From NCBI RefSeq assembly GCF_018977255.1, contig NW_024704743.1, positions 26,538,001 through 26,602,000 of the forward strand: 64,000 nucleotides of DNA. Reading direction: 5' to 3'. The position numbers and the translations under genes were made by a program. The notes beneath the pieces were generated by a model, which saw only the letters and a program-made list of their open reading frames with translations, ran no database searches and was not told where the DNA came from. Position 1 is the first letter of the stretch. Each line of letters starts with the position of its first letter. Origin of the DNA: Callorhinchus milii (lineage: Eukaryota). Shown in pieces: positions 12,736 to 25,505 of this stretch.

Positions 12736-15231
12736 ATTGTTGGCTTCATAATGGTTAAATATGGGATAAGAATTGAAAAGAGTGATGCAATGATTCGTAC
12801 GTCAACAGACTTCTGCCAATGGCAGTCGATAAACATCATTTCACGATTTACAATTGTTTTGCCCTACTTTTATTTTCCGCCTCTACCAGTTTTCTCCCCT
12901 CCTGCTGATATAGCTGGCAAATGCTATTGCAGGCTTACATAAGTGCAAAGTGTTCCCATTCAAATGAGCATTTTGTGTATGTGAGCTGACATCAGCGGTC
13001 ATGCTGTGTAATATTGCTTAAACATTTTGTTTCCGCCCCACCATTGACAGCTAAGATTTCAGCCACTATTCACCGATTCTCTGACACTTCCTCCCTAAAT
13101 CCCTCTGCCTTGCCCCCTTCTCTACCTGTCTATAAAAGCCTTTCAAAATCTTCTTTGACCTTGCCTGTAGCCATCTCCTCCTCTCTTACCTTCCCTGCTA
13201 GAACTCCAGCTTCATCTCTGTAAAGTGCTTTAAGACTTTACCCTATGTGAAAGGTGCTATATAAAGGCAAGTTGTTAAGAGTCTCTCACAGCCTAGTGGG
13301 TGAAACCAATGCCTGTGGAGCACAAGACTACACAGATGAAGGTTACACTTTTGGATCCATCGTCTTTGGTACTATTAGCCCCAACTCTCTGGAAAGGAGA
13401 GGGGAAAATCAACCAGGTCTCCCACTCCTTCCCTATCCAGTGACCCTGAGTGAAATGTATCGAATTATTGACACCAATAAGCAAAGACAGAACTCACCTT
13501 TGACACCTCCTGCATATTTTTTTTGGTCAACTGGGTGTCTAAAACATATGGAAACCCATCACCATTTGGCAATTTTTTCCTCTCTACCTCTTTCAGTTGT
13601 TGGCAGACATTTTCTGTCAGCATCCTTTGTGCTTAACAGGCACTATCATAATCTTAACCACATGCATTCAGTTGTTATTCATTATTGATATTCGTTCTGG
13701 CATTTCAATGTGTTTTTCAATGTTGGTTTCAAAATCCTATCCACTGGGATAAAATTCCACTTAGGTTAAGAGTTACTCTTATTAGCATAATATTTCAACA
13801 ACAAAAAACATAGTCACTGTACTTTAAAATATATACTGTCAAGTCATTTGGAACATCCTCCCAACGTGAAATAAACCATATCAAATTTAAGAATAATTGT
13901 TATTTATTATAATTATTTCAAGAGTGTTCAGAATTTGTTGAATTCTTAAATAGTCTTTAATTTTTAATCTGGTTTTCTGTAGGTTTCTTGTTACAACTAC
14001 AGAAAACAAGATTCAAAGTTCCATCTGAATTTAACAATTTTCCAAATTCTTCACACACTTAAACGTTACAAAAATAGAGGAAATCTAGATCCTGATGGAA
14101 TTTCTATCCACACATTCCAAGGGCTACTGCACATTGAAGGTTCCTCAGATGTGCTATGGATTATTTAAGGCTTGCAATATTACTCGGACTAAACATTCAG
14201 TAATGCAGGATCAGCTGGATTGCAAGACCTAAAACCTGAGTAAACCACTCTGACATGTCCATTCTCTTTTACTTCTCTTGAATGAGTTAGCATGAAGATT
14301 CCACCTGTCAGAACCACTTTAATCTGTTGTCGTTCTGACATGAAGATAGGCCTTAAATTGTTTCAGAGATCTGTAGTTGTCAGCTGAATAGCTTGTGTGT
14401 GTGTAAAAGGGAAAAGACCTTTATCGGAACGCTCACACGAGAAGGCTCACTTTATGGGGAAACAATGATTCCCTTGCATTAACCTTTGATCTTGTCCAAC
14501 TGATTCAGCTTAATGCTGTTGGTGCAATTACAGAGGTCACATAGCACAAAAAATAGCAGCATACCTTTTTCAAAAAAGTATTACCAGCTTTGTTTAAGTG
14601 CCTTTAAATAGAGTCATCATTCAAGTTTGACTTTGGGAGTCTACTTACTGTGAATCTCCCTGTGTTTATTACAAAGATTGTTGAGTCTTAAGGTGTCTTT
14701 CAAGGATTCAACACATCTCGATTTTTATCCCTCCCCAAATTTATGAAAACAGATTGAAGTTGATGAATATTTTTTGGGGGAACATATCTCATCAGTGTTA
14801 TTTAATCACAATATTGGCTGGTGGAAGCTACATCTATCTGTGAAGATAGAAGTTATACCGAAGGAGTGAGACAGCTATCGCTCATTTGACACAAATCCTC
14901 AGAAAGTAGAGTACCTATTTTTTTCAAGTAGTGGTCATGTCTACTGTGTGCAATTGGCTGCCGTGTTTCAATCATAAAGTATACAGTCAATTCACTTTAC
15001 AGTATATTCTGTGAAGCGCTTTGAGACATCCCAATGACATGATAAGGCACTATATCAAATGCAAGGATTATTTTTTTTTTTCAATTGGACATCTGGTTTT
15101 ACGTGGTTCTGGTTGATTTATGGAAGGATGTATGATGGTGTAAATACAAAAGGACAAACAACCCTAGTATTTGACTATGGGAGATGATTACTAGAAAGAA
15201 CACTTTATTTGTTTTACTTGTGTTTTACCAG

Positions 15232-15306
15232 ATGGCAACATGAGTTTTATCTCGAATCGTCCTGAAAAACGGTTTTCAGATACTGTTGTGTTGCCAACGA
15301 ACCTGG
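15232..15306 (+). CDS. PLEKHG4B: Coding exon b (75 bp), DGNMSFISNRPEKRFSDTVVLPTNL
   Basis: ttttaccag|ATGG ... CTGG|gtaagg; phase 1->1, open frame; symmetric so skippable. Confidence 0.7.
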
Positions 15307-15518
15307 GTAAGGAGAATGGCACAGATGCCACACTGAAAAATTAATCATTGTATGTTGGGTGCTGTGCCCAATAATGTATTAATAATGTAGATTTGCATAA
15401 ATTAGCAGAAAGAATTGTCCTGTTCCAGCGTGTTTATCTCTGTGCTGTCATGACTCATTTATCGTCGTGCTCTCGTGACATTACCCAATTGCACCAAATC
15501 CTATCACTTTCCGCACAG

Positions 15519-15734
15519 GTTCCTCTCAGAGCTGCGCGAGGGAAATGCGGAGGAGGGGCAGCTGCCAAGCAGTGCTAAGCCTGACGCCTGCAGCCACCGA
15601 GACGTCTTCTTCAGTGCCTCGTGGTGAGGTTGTGCTGCAGGCCCAGCACATCGCACAGTCCTGCACCGACCTGCCCACCACGGCAGCAAAGGTCAACTCC
15701 GATCTGCTGCAGTCGGGGTTTGCTCAGTTACCAG
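15519..15734 (+). CDS. PLEKHG4B: Coding exon c (216 bp), ...VNSDLLQSGFAQLP
   Basis: ccgcacag|GTTCC ... CCAG|gtgtgt; LLxSGxAxLPG marks the start of the Sec14-like region; phase 1->1. Confidence 0.88.
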
Positions 15735-15792
15735 GTGTGTACACTCACAGCCTTGACAATGGATTTAAGATTATTTTGGGAGCAGTGAAAAC

Positions 15793-16090
15793 AAACAACA
15801 ACAACAAATTACATTTGTAGAGCGCTTTTCACGTCGGGATGATGTCCCAAGGTGCTAGACAGTCAGGGTTTGGAACCGGGATGGAGGCTGGGATCAGGAA
15901 GGGTGGAGGGCATGGAGGGGAGGGGTAGGAGGGTGACCAAAGGCGCGTTCGAAGAGAAGGATCTTGAGACGGGCATTGAAGGAGGCAAGTGATGGAGCGA
16001 GGCAAAGTGACTGTGGGATGGAGTTCCAGAGGATGGGAAAGAAAGACTGAAGGCCCCATCGCAGATGCTGGGGTGGACCGGGAGGGAAAG
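15793..16090 (-). mobile_element. L2 3' end
   Basis: Reverse complement of the L2 tail (agcgcttttcacgtcggga..gtcccaagg) with (AAC)n. Confidence 0.8.
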
Positions 16091-17157
16091 AAGACGTGGC
16101 AATAAAATAAAAGTATCATTAAAAACAATATGATAAATACTGGAGGGCTTCAAATTAAAACGTCTGTGAATTAAGTTCCTGTTTATTGTATTACCAGAAG
16201 AACCCACAACAAAACTGAGAACACTGAATGATTTGAAACCAAATGTTGACCGTGGTTAGATGCCGTCACATTGTGTTTTTTCCTAAAATGATATTGAACA
16301 AGAAAAAGATGATTGTCATACAAAATGCAATGTAATCAAAGTGCACCTAATGGTTACATTACCTAATGGTTACCTAATGGTAAAATGGTTACATGAGAAG
16401 CCATCAGCAGATGCAGCTAAATTATAAGACTGTCTAGTAATTAGAGTTTAATCACTGTCCCAGTGGCCAGGGCTGTAATAGCAAACCTGAGTTACCCTTC
16501 ACAAAACATGTTCTTCATCAGGGCTGGGCAAAACTAAAGTTGCGTTGGTGGGAGGGGTGGGAGCAGGGAGAGAATTCACCCAACCTTTGTCACCCACCAC
16601 ACCCTCCGTGACTCTCCAAATCCATAACACAGAGACTCCTCTGTTCAAAGTCACCAACGATATCCTCTGCATCTGCATCTGTGTCCAGCTCTGTTTGCTC
16701 CTTCTTCTCCTCGTTCATCTTGCTACCTTCAGCATTATGAACCAATCTATCCTTCTTCACCGTTCATGCGCCACCTCCACAGTTCTGTCCTTTCCTGCTT
16801 CCACTACTTACTTATTTTACCTACCTCTGTGACCATATTGCCCGTCCACTCCCTCTGACCTGCACTGATCTGCTTCATGTTCTTCATCCACTCTGCAGTC
16901 TGATCCATAAGAAAAAAAATCTGAATTCAGTCATTTAAAAAATCTTAAATTTCCCCCAAATTTCATATTAATTGGCTCTCATCTCATTGTTGTTTGTGGG
17001 AGTTGCGGACCCAGATTAGCTGCCACTTTTGCCTATATCACAACATTCACTGCACATTTCTCATCAGTCTTTATTTTGTAAAGTGTCTTGTGATGTTTGT
17101 TTTTACATCAATGGCACAATATGAGTGCAAGTTATTATTATTGTTTTAATAATAAAG

Positions 17158-17281
17158 GAAATCGAGACAAGGGTGGTCGAGCTGTGATCCACGTGTGTAC
17201 ACGCAACATCAGCTGGGTGAACTCAAACTGCAACAGTGCAGAGGTGACCCATCTACTCATGTACTACTGCACCATCCCCAG
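17158..17281 (+). CDS. PLEKHG4B: Coding exon d (124 bp), GNRDKGGRAVIHVCTR...LLMYYCTIP
   Basis: aataaag|GAAAT ... CCCAG|gtatga; G-x-R-D-x-x-G-R Sec14-like motif; phase 1->2. Confidence 0.9.
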
Positions 17282-17544
17282 GTATGACTTCCACATGTGG
17301 TCGATTCGCCATGTGCTTCTGTTCCGTCCCTAACCTCTAGCTCAGCCCTCAGGAGAGGGAGGCAGAGAATGGGGTGGTTAATTCTACTTCAACCAGTAAA
17401 TGCATAAATCCACTGTGACTAAATGTTGAAATTTCTGGTGATGAGATAGGGAGGCAGTAGGTTGGGAAAGGGGTAGTTACATTATTTTTTGGTGATTTTA
17501 TTTCTTACTCATTTGAGAAATTATACCTTTACCTTGTTCAAGTA

Positions 17545-17890
17545 CAACAACTTGCATTTATACAGTGCGTGCGGAGTGCTTAACAGCGGTCGAGCTTGAT
17601 GCTGAGCCGGAGGAGAAAGAGAAGGTGACCATAGGCATAATCGAAGAGGAAGGACTTCAGGTGTGATCTGAAGATGGGCAAAGAGGGAGCAATGCAGAGG
17701 CATTGAGGCAGGGAGTTCTACAATTTCAGAGCGGTAGAGGCTGAAAACATTGCCTCCGATAGTAGAGGCGAGGGCATGAGGGACGTGCAGAAGCTTGAAT
17801 GAAGCCAGCTGAATGGAGAGGGTGCTTAGAGGTTTGGGATGTAAGCATGTTGGAGAAATGGGAAGGAGCTAGGGCATGAAGTGAGTTGTA
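17545..17890 (-). mobile_element. Degenerate L2 3' end
   Basis: acaacaacttgcatttata tail; purine-rich body similar to 9143-9500. Confidence 0.7.
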
Positions 17891-19439
17891 GGAACCCACT
17901 GGGGTCTAATTTGTGTTAATTGTGAAAGGATGTTAAAATATTGAATGCTAGACCTATCTATTCATATCACACCAACCAACTTAGCCTCCATTTGGATGCC
18001 GATACCCTGGTGGCTGCAATCAGACTTCACAGGAATTGGAAATAAGACTCGATCCGACGGAAGTTCTCGCAGGTTAGGGCAAGACACATCCGGGTATGAG
18101 CTGGGTATTTATGAATCCTTGCAAACTAAATCCCAATGTCAACACTAAACATTCCTGGATCGGATATCGAACCTGTTAATACTGAGTAAATCTTGACAAC
18201 CATACTTCAAAGCACAACCACAAAATATACAGTCAATTCACTTTATAGCATATTCGGAGAATCGCTTTGGGATGTCTCGACGATGTGATGAGGGGCTGTA
18301 CCAAATGCACGGGTTATTATTATTATTGAGCCTCATAAGAGAGGACCAGTGTAAAATTTTCCATCTCTCACACCAGCCATCATTGAGATCTCTTGGAATG
18401 AGAGTGCTAGGTTGCTGAAATATAATAAGAACTTTTTTTTGTTCTGTGGGAGTGCATCCATCTGAAGCTGAGCTGAGACTCCCCAACCACACATTATATT
18501 CAACCTCCGCTTAGCTCAGAGTTTCTGGGGTAGAGACGGGGAAAGAGCAGGCAGTTGCAGCTCTTGATTAATATTCATATCCTTGCTGTTAACCAAGAGA
18601 GGAAACTTTCAGCACATCAGCCTGGGCGCAGTTAACACTCAAACATAAATGTGCAGTATGTTAGCCGATACTTCACTAGAATCTCTTAAATGCATTTGGG
18701 CGAGGAACAAAACATACACTCAATTATTTTCCTAACCTCAGCACATCATTTCAGCTGTGTGCTAAAAGGATACTGAATTTGTCAATAAAAATGGTCACTG
18801 TGCTTGACAGAAATTACCATAAAATGATTTGGAAAGGTGCTAAAAAAAAGTCATTTGTTTGTTCTTTCTTTCATGCTTTCCTTGAGAAGCACAAATCAAT
18901 GAATCTGCTACATGGAGTCGACAGATCCGAATAACCCCCAAAGTAGCTTCAAGTTCAAAAACTCTTCACCTTGTACCAAAACACAAATTCTGAGTCAAAC
19001 AGCCTCAGCAGCAAAAAAATAAGTCTGTTTGCATAGTCAAAGTGGCTGGAGTGCAGGTGTGCTGGCTCAGGCAGCAACTGATGTCAATGCATGTTTCCCA
19101 ATCTGGAGATTTAGAAAACATCTGTGAATTAGAAGCACTTTACAACTCTGGAAAACAGAGGTGCTGCAGCAGATCAAACACTAAATGGAACTTGAAGCAG
19201 AAAATGGTTGAACATTGTGTTTAAAAATAAACAAAAGTTCACTGAATAGCATTTTGTTTCTCATTTTGCCCCCTGCAAGATAATAGTAATACTCCTTGCA
19301 TTTGATTTTAGTGCCTTATATCGTCAAAACATCTCAAAGTACTTCACAGCACTTTACTGTTAAATGTAGTGATTGTGTATATGTAGGCAAATATTCTGTC
19401 TTTCTATTGCTTTTCTCAACAATGCCCAAAATTTATAAT

Positions 19440-19595
19440 TTTTTCTTAAAAATTACGATTGTGCAAAATTGTGGAAACATCATAATTCAGCCTTACTTTT
19501 AAAGTTTGTTTGTCACAGTTCTTAACACAGGTCGGCTTCCAAATTAAGGCTGAATGTAAGAATTTTCTGTACTTTTACACAATCTTAAATTTAAA
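19440..19595. repeat. Palindromic ~150-bp MITE-like element (other copies ~13915, 22205, 32470, 45188)
   Basis: attcagcctta / taaggctgaat and gattgtg / cacaatc arms; related AT-rich palindromes elsewhere. Confidence 0.65.
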
Positions 19596-21336
19596 GGTAA
19601 AATCTCCTACTTGTTTAAGACAAGGAGGAATTTCGAACTTTCTGTCTGGTTCAGTTTCACTCTCAGCAGTAAGGGTAGCAAACAGGTTCACACTCACTTA
19701 CAAAATGCACAGTAACTACACTTTGCAATACATTCTGTGAAGAGACATTCTCCTGACTAAAAGGTGTATATCAAATACAAGAATTATTATTCCTTATTAA
19801 GGTTACCAACTGGGTCTGTGAAAATAGTACCTTGTTCAATTTAAAATTTTGGTGTAATCAGGGACCCCATCACAAATATTGATTTGATAGCTACTTGCAT
19901 TGTTTCTTCTGTGGAATTATAAAGGTCACTGAGTATACAACAGCAAGTCCGACCTTAGTTTCTGCAAGTCAAGACAACAGTGTAATAGACCAGGCAATTT
20001 GAAGCTTTATTTCAGCTTGAAAACATATGATTTGATGTGTTCCAGAACACTGGTTCTGCTTGATGAGAACATTGTAAATTTGAATAGGGTGCAGTGCAGG
20101 CTTGCTTTGAAAAGTAAGTGTTCTTTGCATGTGAAGCAAACAGTAATTGCACTGCAGACTACACATTTTAGAGACTGCCAGGGCCTGTAAATCAATCTGA
20201 ACAACTTCGGCAGAGCAGTCAAACTGGAATTCGTTCAGAATAACGTATAGATGGAGACCAACAAGGGAGAAGAGAGTGAGAGAGAGCACAAGCATAATTC
20301 TCAATTAAATACAAGAGCGAAGCTGGGTTGATACGATTAACTTTGTTCTCCCAGGAGAATTTTTTACACTCTAGTGTGTCTGTTTGCAGCTATGCTTTTT
20401 GCCCAAGAACGGATTTTCCCGCTAATCTCAGCATATTCAATGCAGGATGTATGAAGTCAGTCAAATATTTGTTGGTATTTTTATTCTGTGGCAAGTTTTC
20501 ACGTGCAAGTAAAGGCTCCTTGTCCTCTCACTTCAGCGCTACAGCTTTTCCTCTGAAGAGAGAGGAATTCACTGTGGAGGCAAAGCCTGAGAAAGGTTCA
20601 GCTAAATGAACAGCTGGGACATTTGTCCACGTTTCATTCCACGTTGTTGAGCTGAAAGCAAACTTGTAATGTAAAAATAAATGTTAATGGAGACGATTGC
20701 AAGGGGATGGGGGGGAGGTGCTTACAACAACAGCTTGGCTTCTGTAAAACCTTATGCAATGGATAGTGTCTCCAAAGCGTTTACAAAGATGATGTAAAGC
20801 GCTTTAAGACGTCCTCCTGACTCTATATAAATGTAAATTATTGTATTGTATTGTGGAGATCGTCCGAGTTTGAGGATGTTGAGCAAAAGTAGTCAAAAAT
20901 AGAGGCTTCTAAGATGGTTTTTGAAGGCAGGGAGAAGAGGCATAGGGCGTGATGGGATTTTGGAGAGATGGACACCATTGCTGGTGGCAGATAAGGAATG
21001 AGCAATGCTGTATTTCTTTGCCTCCCACCCCAAGGCTAGATAGCCTGCCTGCATTCACTACCGAGGATCAAGCCTGCATAATGATTCAGTGGAGTGAGAA
21101 TCTGGAGGGTCCTTGATAGCTATAGAACCATATTTCACTAGAATCCAAAAGGATTTTGAAAATGCCTTCAGAGGAGTGAGGATTGGCAGACAAAAAGCAT
21201 TGGCGTTGAAACCATTGGTGGCATTAGCTTACAATGGGAATTTTCCAGCAATAGCTCTCGCCTCCAAGGTCAGTACATTTGCTAAGCAGTGGAGGAAAGG
21301 CAAGCTCGCCCAGTAACGTATGCTAACAAACAAATA

Positions 21337-21790
21337 CTAATCCTTGCATTTGATATAGCGCCTTATCACGTCTTCGAGACATCTCAAAGCGCTTCACAGA
21401 ATATACTGTAAAGAGAATTGACTGTATATTTTGTTGGCGAAATAATAAATGGGCCCCGAGGGGAGGAAAGGGACACAGGAGAGGAAATATTGGCAAGCGG
21501 AGCTTTTATTTATAATAATAATAATCCTTGCATTTGATATAGCGCTTTTTCTTCTCGACATTTCAAAGCACTTCACAGAATAGATTGTAAAGTGAATTGA
21601 CTGTATATTTGTGGGTGAAACGCGGCTGCCAATTGCACACAGCAGTATCCCACAAACAGTCGTGGATTGAAAAGAACGAATTTATTGTTGCTTTTGGTTT
21701 TTTGGAGGGATTATCATTAGGCGTGTGGAGTAAGGAAACTTGCCCAAGGTTTTGCCCTGCCTGGAATTGAACCCAGGTGTCTCGTTGGGA
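21337..21790 (-). mobile_element. SINE family 1: tail fragment (21337-21445) plus near-complete copy (21512-21790)
   Basis: taatccttgcatttgatatagcg tails; Deu core; B-box region. Confidence 0.85.
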
Positions 21791-22409
21791 AGTCTGATTA
21801 GAGTTTAAGATCAGAAAATAACTAACAACATGACAAGCTGCTGTATCATTATGATACCAGGCAAGTTTTCTAGGAGCAGATGATGGGGCCGGGTGAGAGG
21901 GAGTACTGTGTAACAAGGCTGCGGAGGGTGCAGGAAATCTGCAGTAACCTATTTTTGATTCCATGTGCCGTGATAAGATTTCTGACCTTTTCAGAGTGGT
22001 AAAGAATAAACAGCAGAGCTAAGATCTTCGCCTTTGAAGCAGTACAACAGGAAATGCACAAATATTTCCCTTGGAATTCACCATTAGCTGTGTTGGTCAC
22101 GCAGTCTGTCCATAACTCATTTGTTCCTCTTGTCATGCCTTTTACAGCTTGCCAACTACAGGCTGAAATTCCACTTGGTGCTAGCCTGTAAAACAATTTT
22201 GTCCCAAAATTTAAGATTGTGTAGAATTGTGGAAAATCCTTCAATCCATTCTTAATTTTGAAGCCGGTTCCTTTTGAAAATTCCAGAAAACCGGCTTCCA
22301 AATTTTAAGGCAGAATATGAGCTTACAGGCTAAGGCAAGGTGGGCTCAGAATGCGGGTAGTAAATGCAGGTAGTAAATACCAACTCCAATACCCCTGCAC
22401 AATGGAGAG

Positions 22410-22658
22410 ATAAGTAAGTAGGAACCCAATTGTTAGTCGATTGGCAGATCATTTCTGACAATCGACTAATTCCTTCAAGAAAAAAAATTGATCTCTCAAT
22501 CCATGACTGTTTGTGGGACACTGCTGTGCGCAATTGGCTGCTGCATTTTGTCCACAAAATATACAGTCAATTCACTTTGCAGTGTATTCAGTGAAGCGCT
22601 TTGAGACGTCTCGAAGACGTGATAAGGCGCTATATCAAATGCAAGGATTATTATTATT
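22410..22658 (+). mobile_element. SINE family 1 variant with extra internal segment
   Basis: Deu core and tail, preceded by agtaagtag..ttagtcgattggcagatc, which also occurs (minus strand) in the 3100-3310 copy. Confidence 0.8.
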
Positions 22659-23210
22659 TTTTTTATATGGGGGAGGTATTACCTTGGATATCTGCCCCTC
22701 AGTTTGTAAACAGTGGCACTATAACATGGAAACCTTATTGGGATTGTGGATGCCCCTCATAGGAGGGTGCATATATCCCCTGAAGAATGATGCAGAAATC
22801 CCTGTGCTGCAGCCACCACCGTGGTCAATGTCATCTCTACTTGCTGCTCAGCTCACCGGCAGGAAACATCCTTGTGCCGTGCGAGACTGAATCCCTTCCT
22901 GCTCAGTTTCCTCTCATAGAATATCCAGGCGCCCTCATCCCTGACGGAGAGAGTTGGGGGGGGGGGGGGGGCGGGGGGTGTGGGAGGTTCAGACTGCAAT
23001 ACTAAAGTCAAAATTCCTGACTTGTTGCAGCTGACACAGACTGAGCAAACTCACAAAAATAATCTCACAAGTATTTTGTGAAAAATAAACAAATGGCTTG
23101 TACAGTGTTTATACAGTTGTTGTGAAAAATCAAGTGCACGAGGGCAGAGTTTGAATGGCCAGTATTTGATATTTACTTTGTAATAAGCTTGTGTTGTGTC
23201 TCTGCTGCAG

Positions 23211-23304
23211 GAAGGAAGTGCGTGAGCTGGGACTGACTGTACTGCTGGATGCCCGAAGGTGTCAGCCTGCACTCGTCTTGTGTAAAGCTTTTACTGCACT
23301 TCAG
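23211..23304 (+). CDS. PLEKHG4B: Coding exon e (94 bp), RKEVRELGLTVLLDARR...ALQ
   Basis: gctgcag|GAAG ... TTCAG|gtgaga; GLTVLLDAR Sec14-like motif; phase 2->0. Confidence 0.92.
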
Positions 23305-23744
23305 GTGAGAGGTCACTGTGAAGTCCTTATGACTAGAATTAAATTTTCCGCACTTGGTTCTGGAAGTTGATCAGTGCAAAGATTATTGTTTGGCTATTTA
23401 GCTGGTTGATAGATCACAGCGCAAGTGTTGATCCGGACCTAGCACACAGACCATTTATGTTTCTTTTAATATAACAGTTCATCCATTTGATAGAGTACCT
23501 AGAATCTCAAAATACTTCATAAGTAATTACACTCAAGTGCTTTGGGTGCATACTTGTTTCTAGACACGTCTCAAAATGCACCTCTGTGACTTGCTTTCAA
23601 TTATCTTTCCACTCCCAACCTACTCTGCTCTACTAACCTCTAACTCAGGTGCCCATCCAGCATTATTAAGCTCTTTGAGACATCCTCCCACTATGAAAGG
23701 TGCTATATGATTGTACATTGGCTGATTTGATTTTGTTGTTCCAT

Positions 23745-24000
23745 GATATCCATCCCAACAACTTTAAAATAGGGTGTTTGTAAAATGGGCCCAGTGCCCT
23801 GCCTCTACCACCCTTCCTGGTAAACTGTTCTAGCTTTGCTGCCAATGAATTACCTTTGGTGTAAAATAAATGCTTCCTGTTTTCTGTTCTAAACTTGCCG
23901 TTCGCAACCCTGCCCTCTTGTCCTGCTGGTCTCAATAAAAGTATTGTTCTGGGTTTACTTCTCTATTCTGTTTAATATCTTAACAACCACTTTAGGAACT
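23745..24000 (-). mobile_element. Degenerate CR1 3' fragment
   Basis: KFRTENRKHLF on the minus strand, homologous to FRTELRKHFF at 51392+. Confidence 0.6.
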
Positions 24001-24899
24001 CTTTGTGTTTTAAGGTTAGAATTTCTAGGCTACACTTTTTTTGCAAAGTGTTCCGTATAAAGCACAGCAACTTCAGAAAAATCTCAGATGGGTTTCGAGC
24101 TCTCGAGATCTGGAGGTTGTTTGGTGAGCATTTTGAAGATGGTGTGGGGGAGTTTGTGGATTTGTTTATCCGATCCAGTAAATTGCACCAGATTTAACTT
24201 TGGAACTTGGCAACTCTGCATGTGGCCCTTGCTTTGTTCCTGTGTTTATAGCCAAATGCTAGATCACTATCACCAAGTGCAGCGTGCCCGAGCTTGTTTA
24301 TGCAGCTTTATATAAATCCGAGTTGTTTCAGTGTTCACTGGTATTTGTTTGTGCTGCTATTTGTTTCAGGTTGCTTTGGGTAGATGTGTTTTATCTTTGT
24401 GACACACTTCTTTCTGTTTTCAGCCTTTTCTGAGTCCTGCTTGAGTATTGTGCTAATCTTATTTATCCCTTTGCTTACATGTAACTTTATAGTTTTAACC
24501 AAAGCTTGCTCCTGTTTATCACAGAGCATTTTCCACAGCTCACTCATAACTGTCTCTGTTTTTTTTCCCTTTCACTTGATATTGCTCCAGGTCAGTTTAC
24601 CCTTGAACTGAAAGATAACAAGGAATGAAAATCACTGGCAGAAAAAAAGCACCTCACACTGTAAATGGCCCTTTCTGTAGGGAATCGTTTTTCCTCATAT
24701 TGACTCCTGACACCTCAGCTCTAAACAGAACTTGTTTGCAAAGTTAGCATTTTTCATCCCATGTCTCAAATCTTTACTTAGCCTTTCCTTTCACACTCCA
24801 GACAACATCAACAAATTACATTTGTATAGTGTCTTTCACGTCAGGAGGACGTCCTTGTTCCTTTGGCCAAATTAATGATAATAATTATTTACACAGGAT

Positions 24900-25225
24900 A
24901 GAGGATCGTGACTTAGAGCTCGTAGTTTAGGCCAGCACTCCAGTAGAGTGCTGGGGAAGCAATGCCTTATTTTATATCCTTTGGATGTGATGTTAAACTG
25001 AGGTAAAGGTTCCATGGCAGTATTCAAAAAGAGAAGTGAGTTTCTCCTGGAATTCTGGCCAAACTGGTCATTCACTTTCTGGCTGTTTGTGAGACATTGC
25101 TGTGAGCAAATAGGCTGCCACGTTTGCCTACACATTACAGTCACTAAACTTTACAGTAACTTCCATGAAGTGCGTTTTGATGATTTGATAAGGTGCTATA
25201 ACAAATGGAAGGATTATTATTTATA
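24900..25225 (+). mobile_element. tRNA-Deu SINE family 2 (5'-truncated)
   Basis: Body, Deu core and tail. Confidence 0.7.
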
Positions 25226-25505
25226 CAGCACCTTTCATGTAAAAATAAGGGTATGAAAGTGTAATTGATCAGTGATGGTGGATGGTTTTATTAATAGGAC
25301 TGCTTCAGCAAATTACCATAATGTCTTTGGGGGTATCTGAGATATATGGAACCACGCTTATCACATGCATGAGTCTCCCAAGCTATACATACTACTGAGA
25401 GTTCTGCAATAAGGGCACCCTCTTTATAAGGTGCTTCACTTCACTAAAGCACCAGTTTGTTTATAACACGAGTGTCCTGTGGACTTATGGCTACTCATTG
25501 TGTGG

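Noticed and set aside
16347..16393. Short tandem repeat of cctaatggtta
   Set aside because: Slippage-type minisatellite with no spacers; not CRISPR-like.
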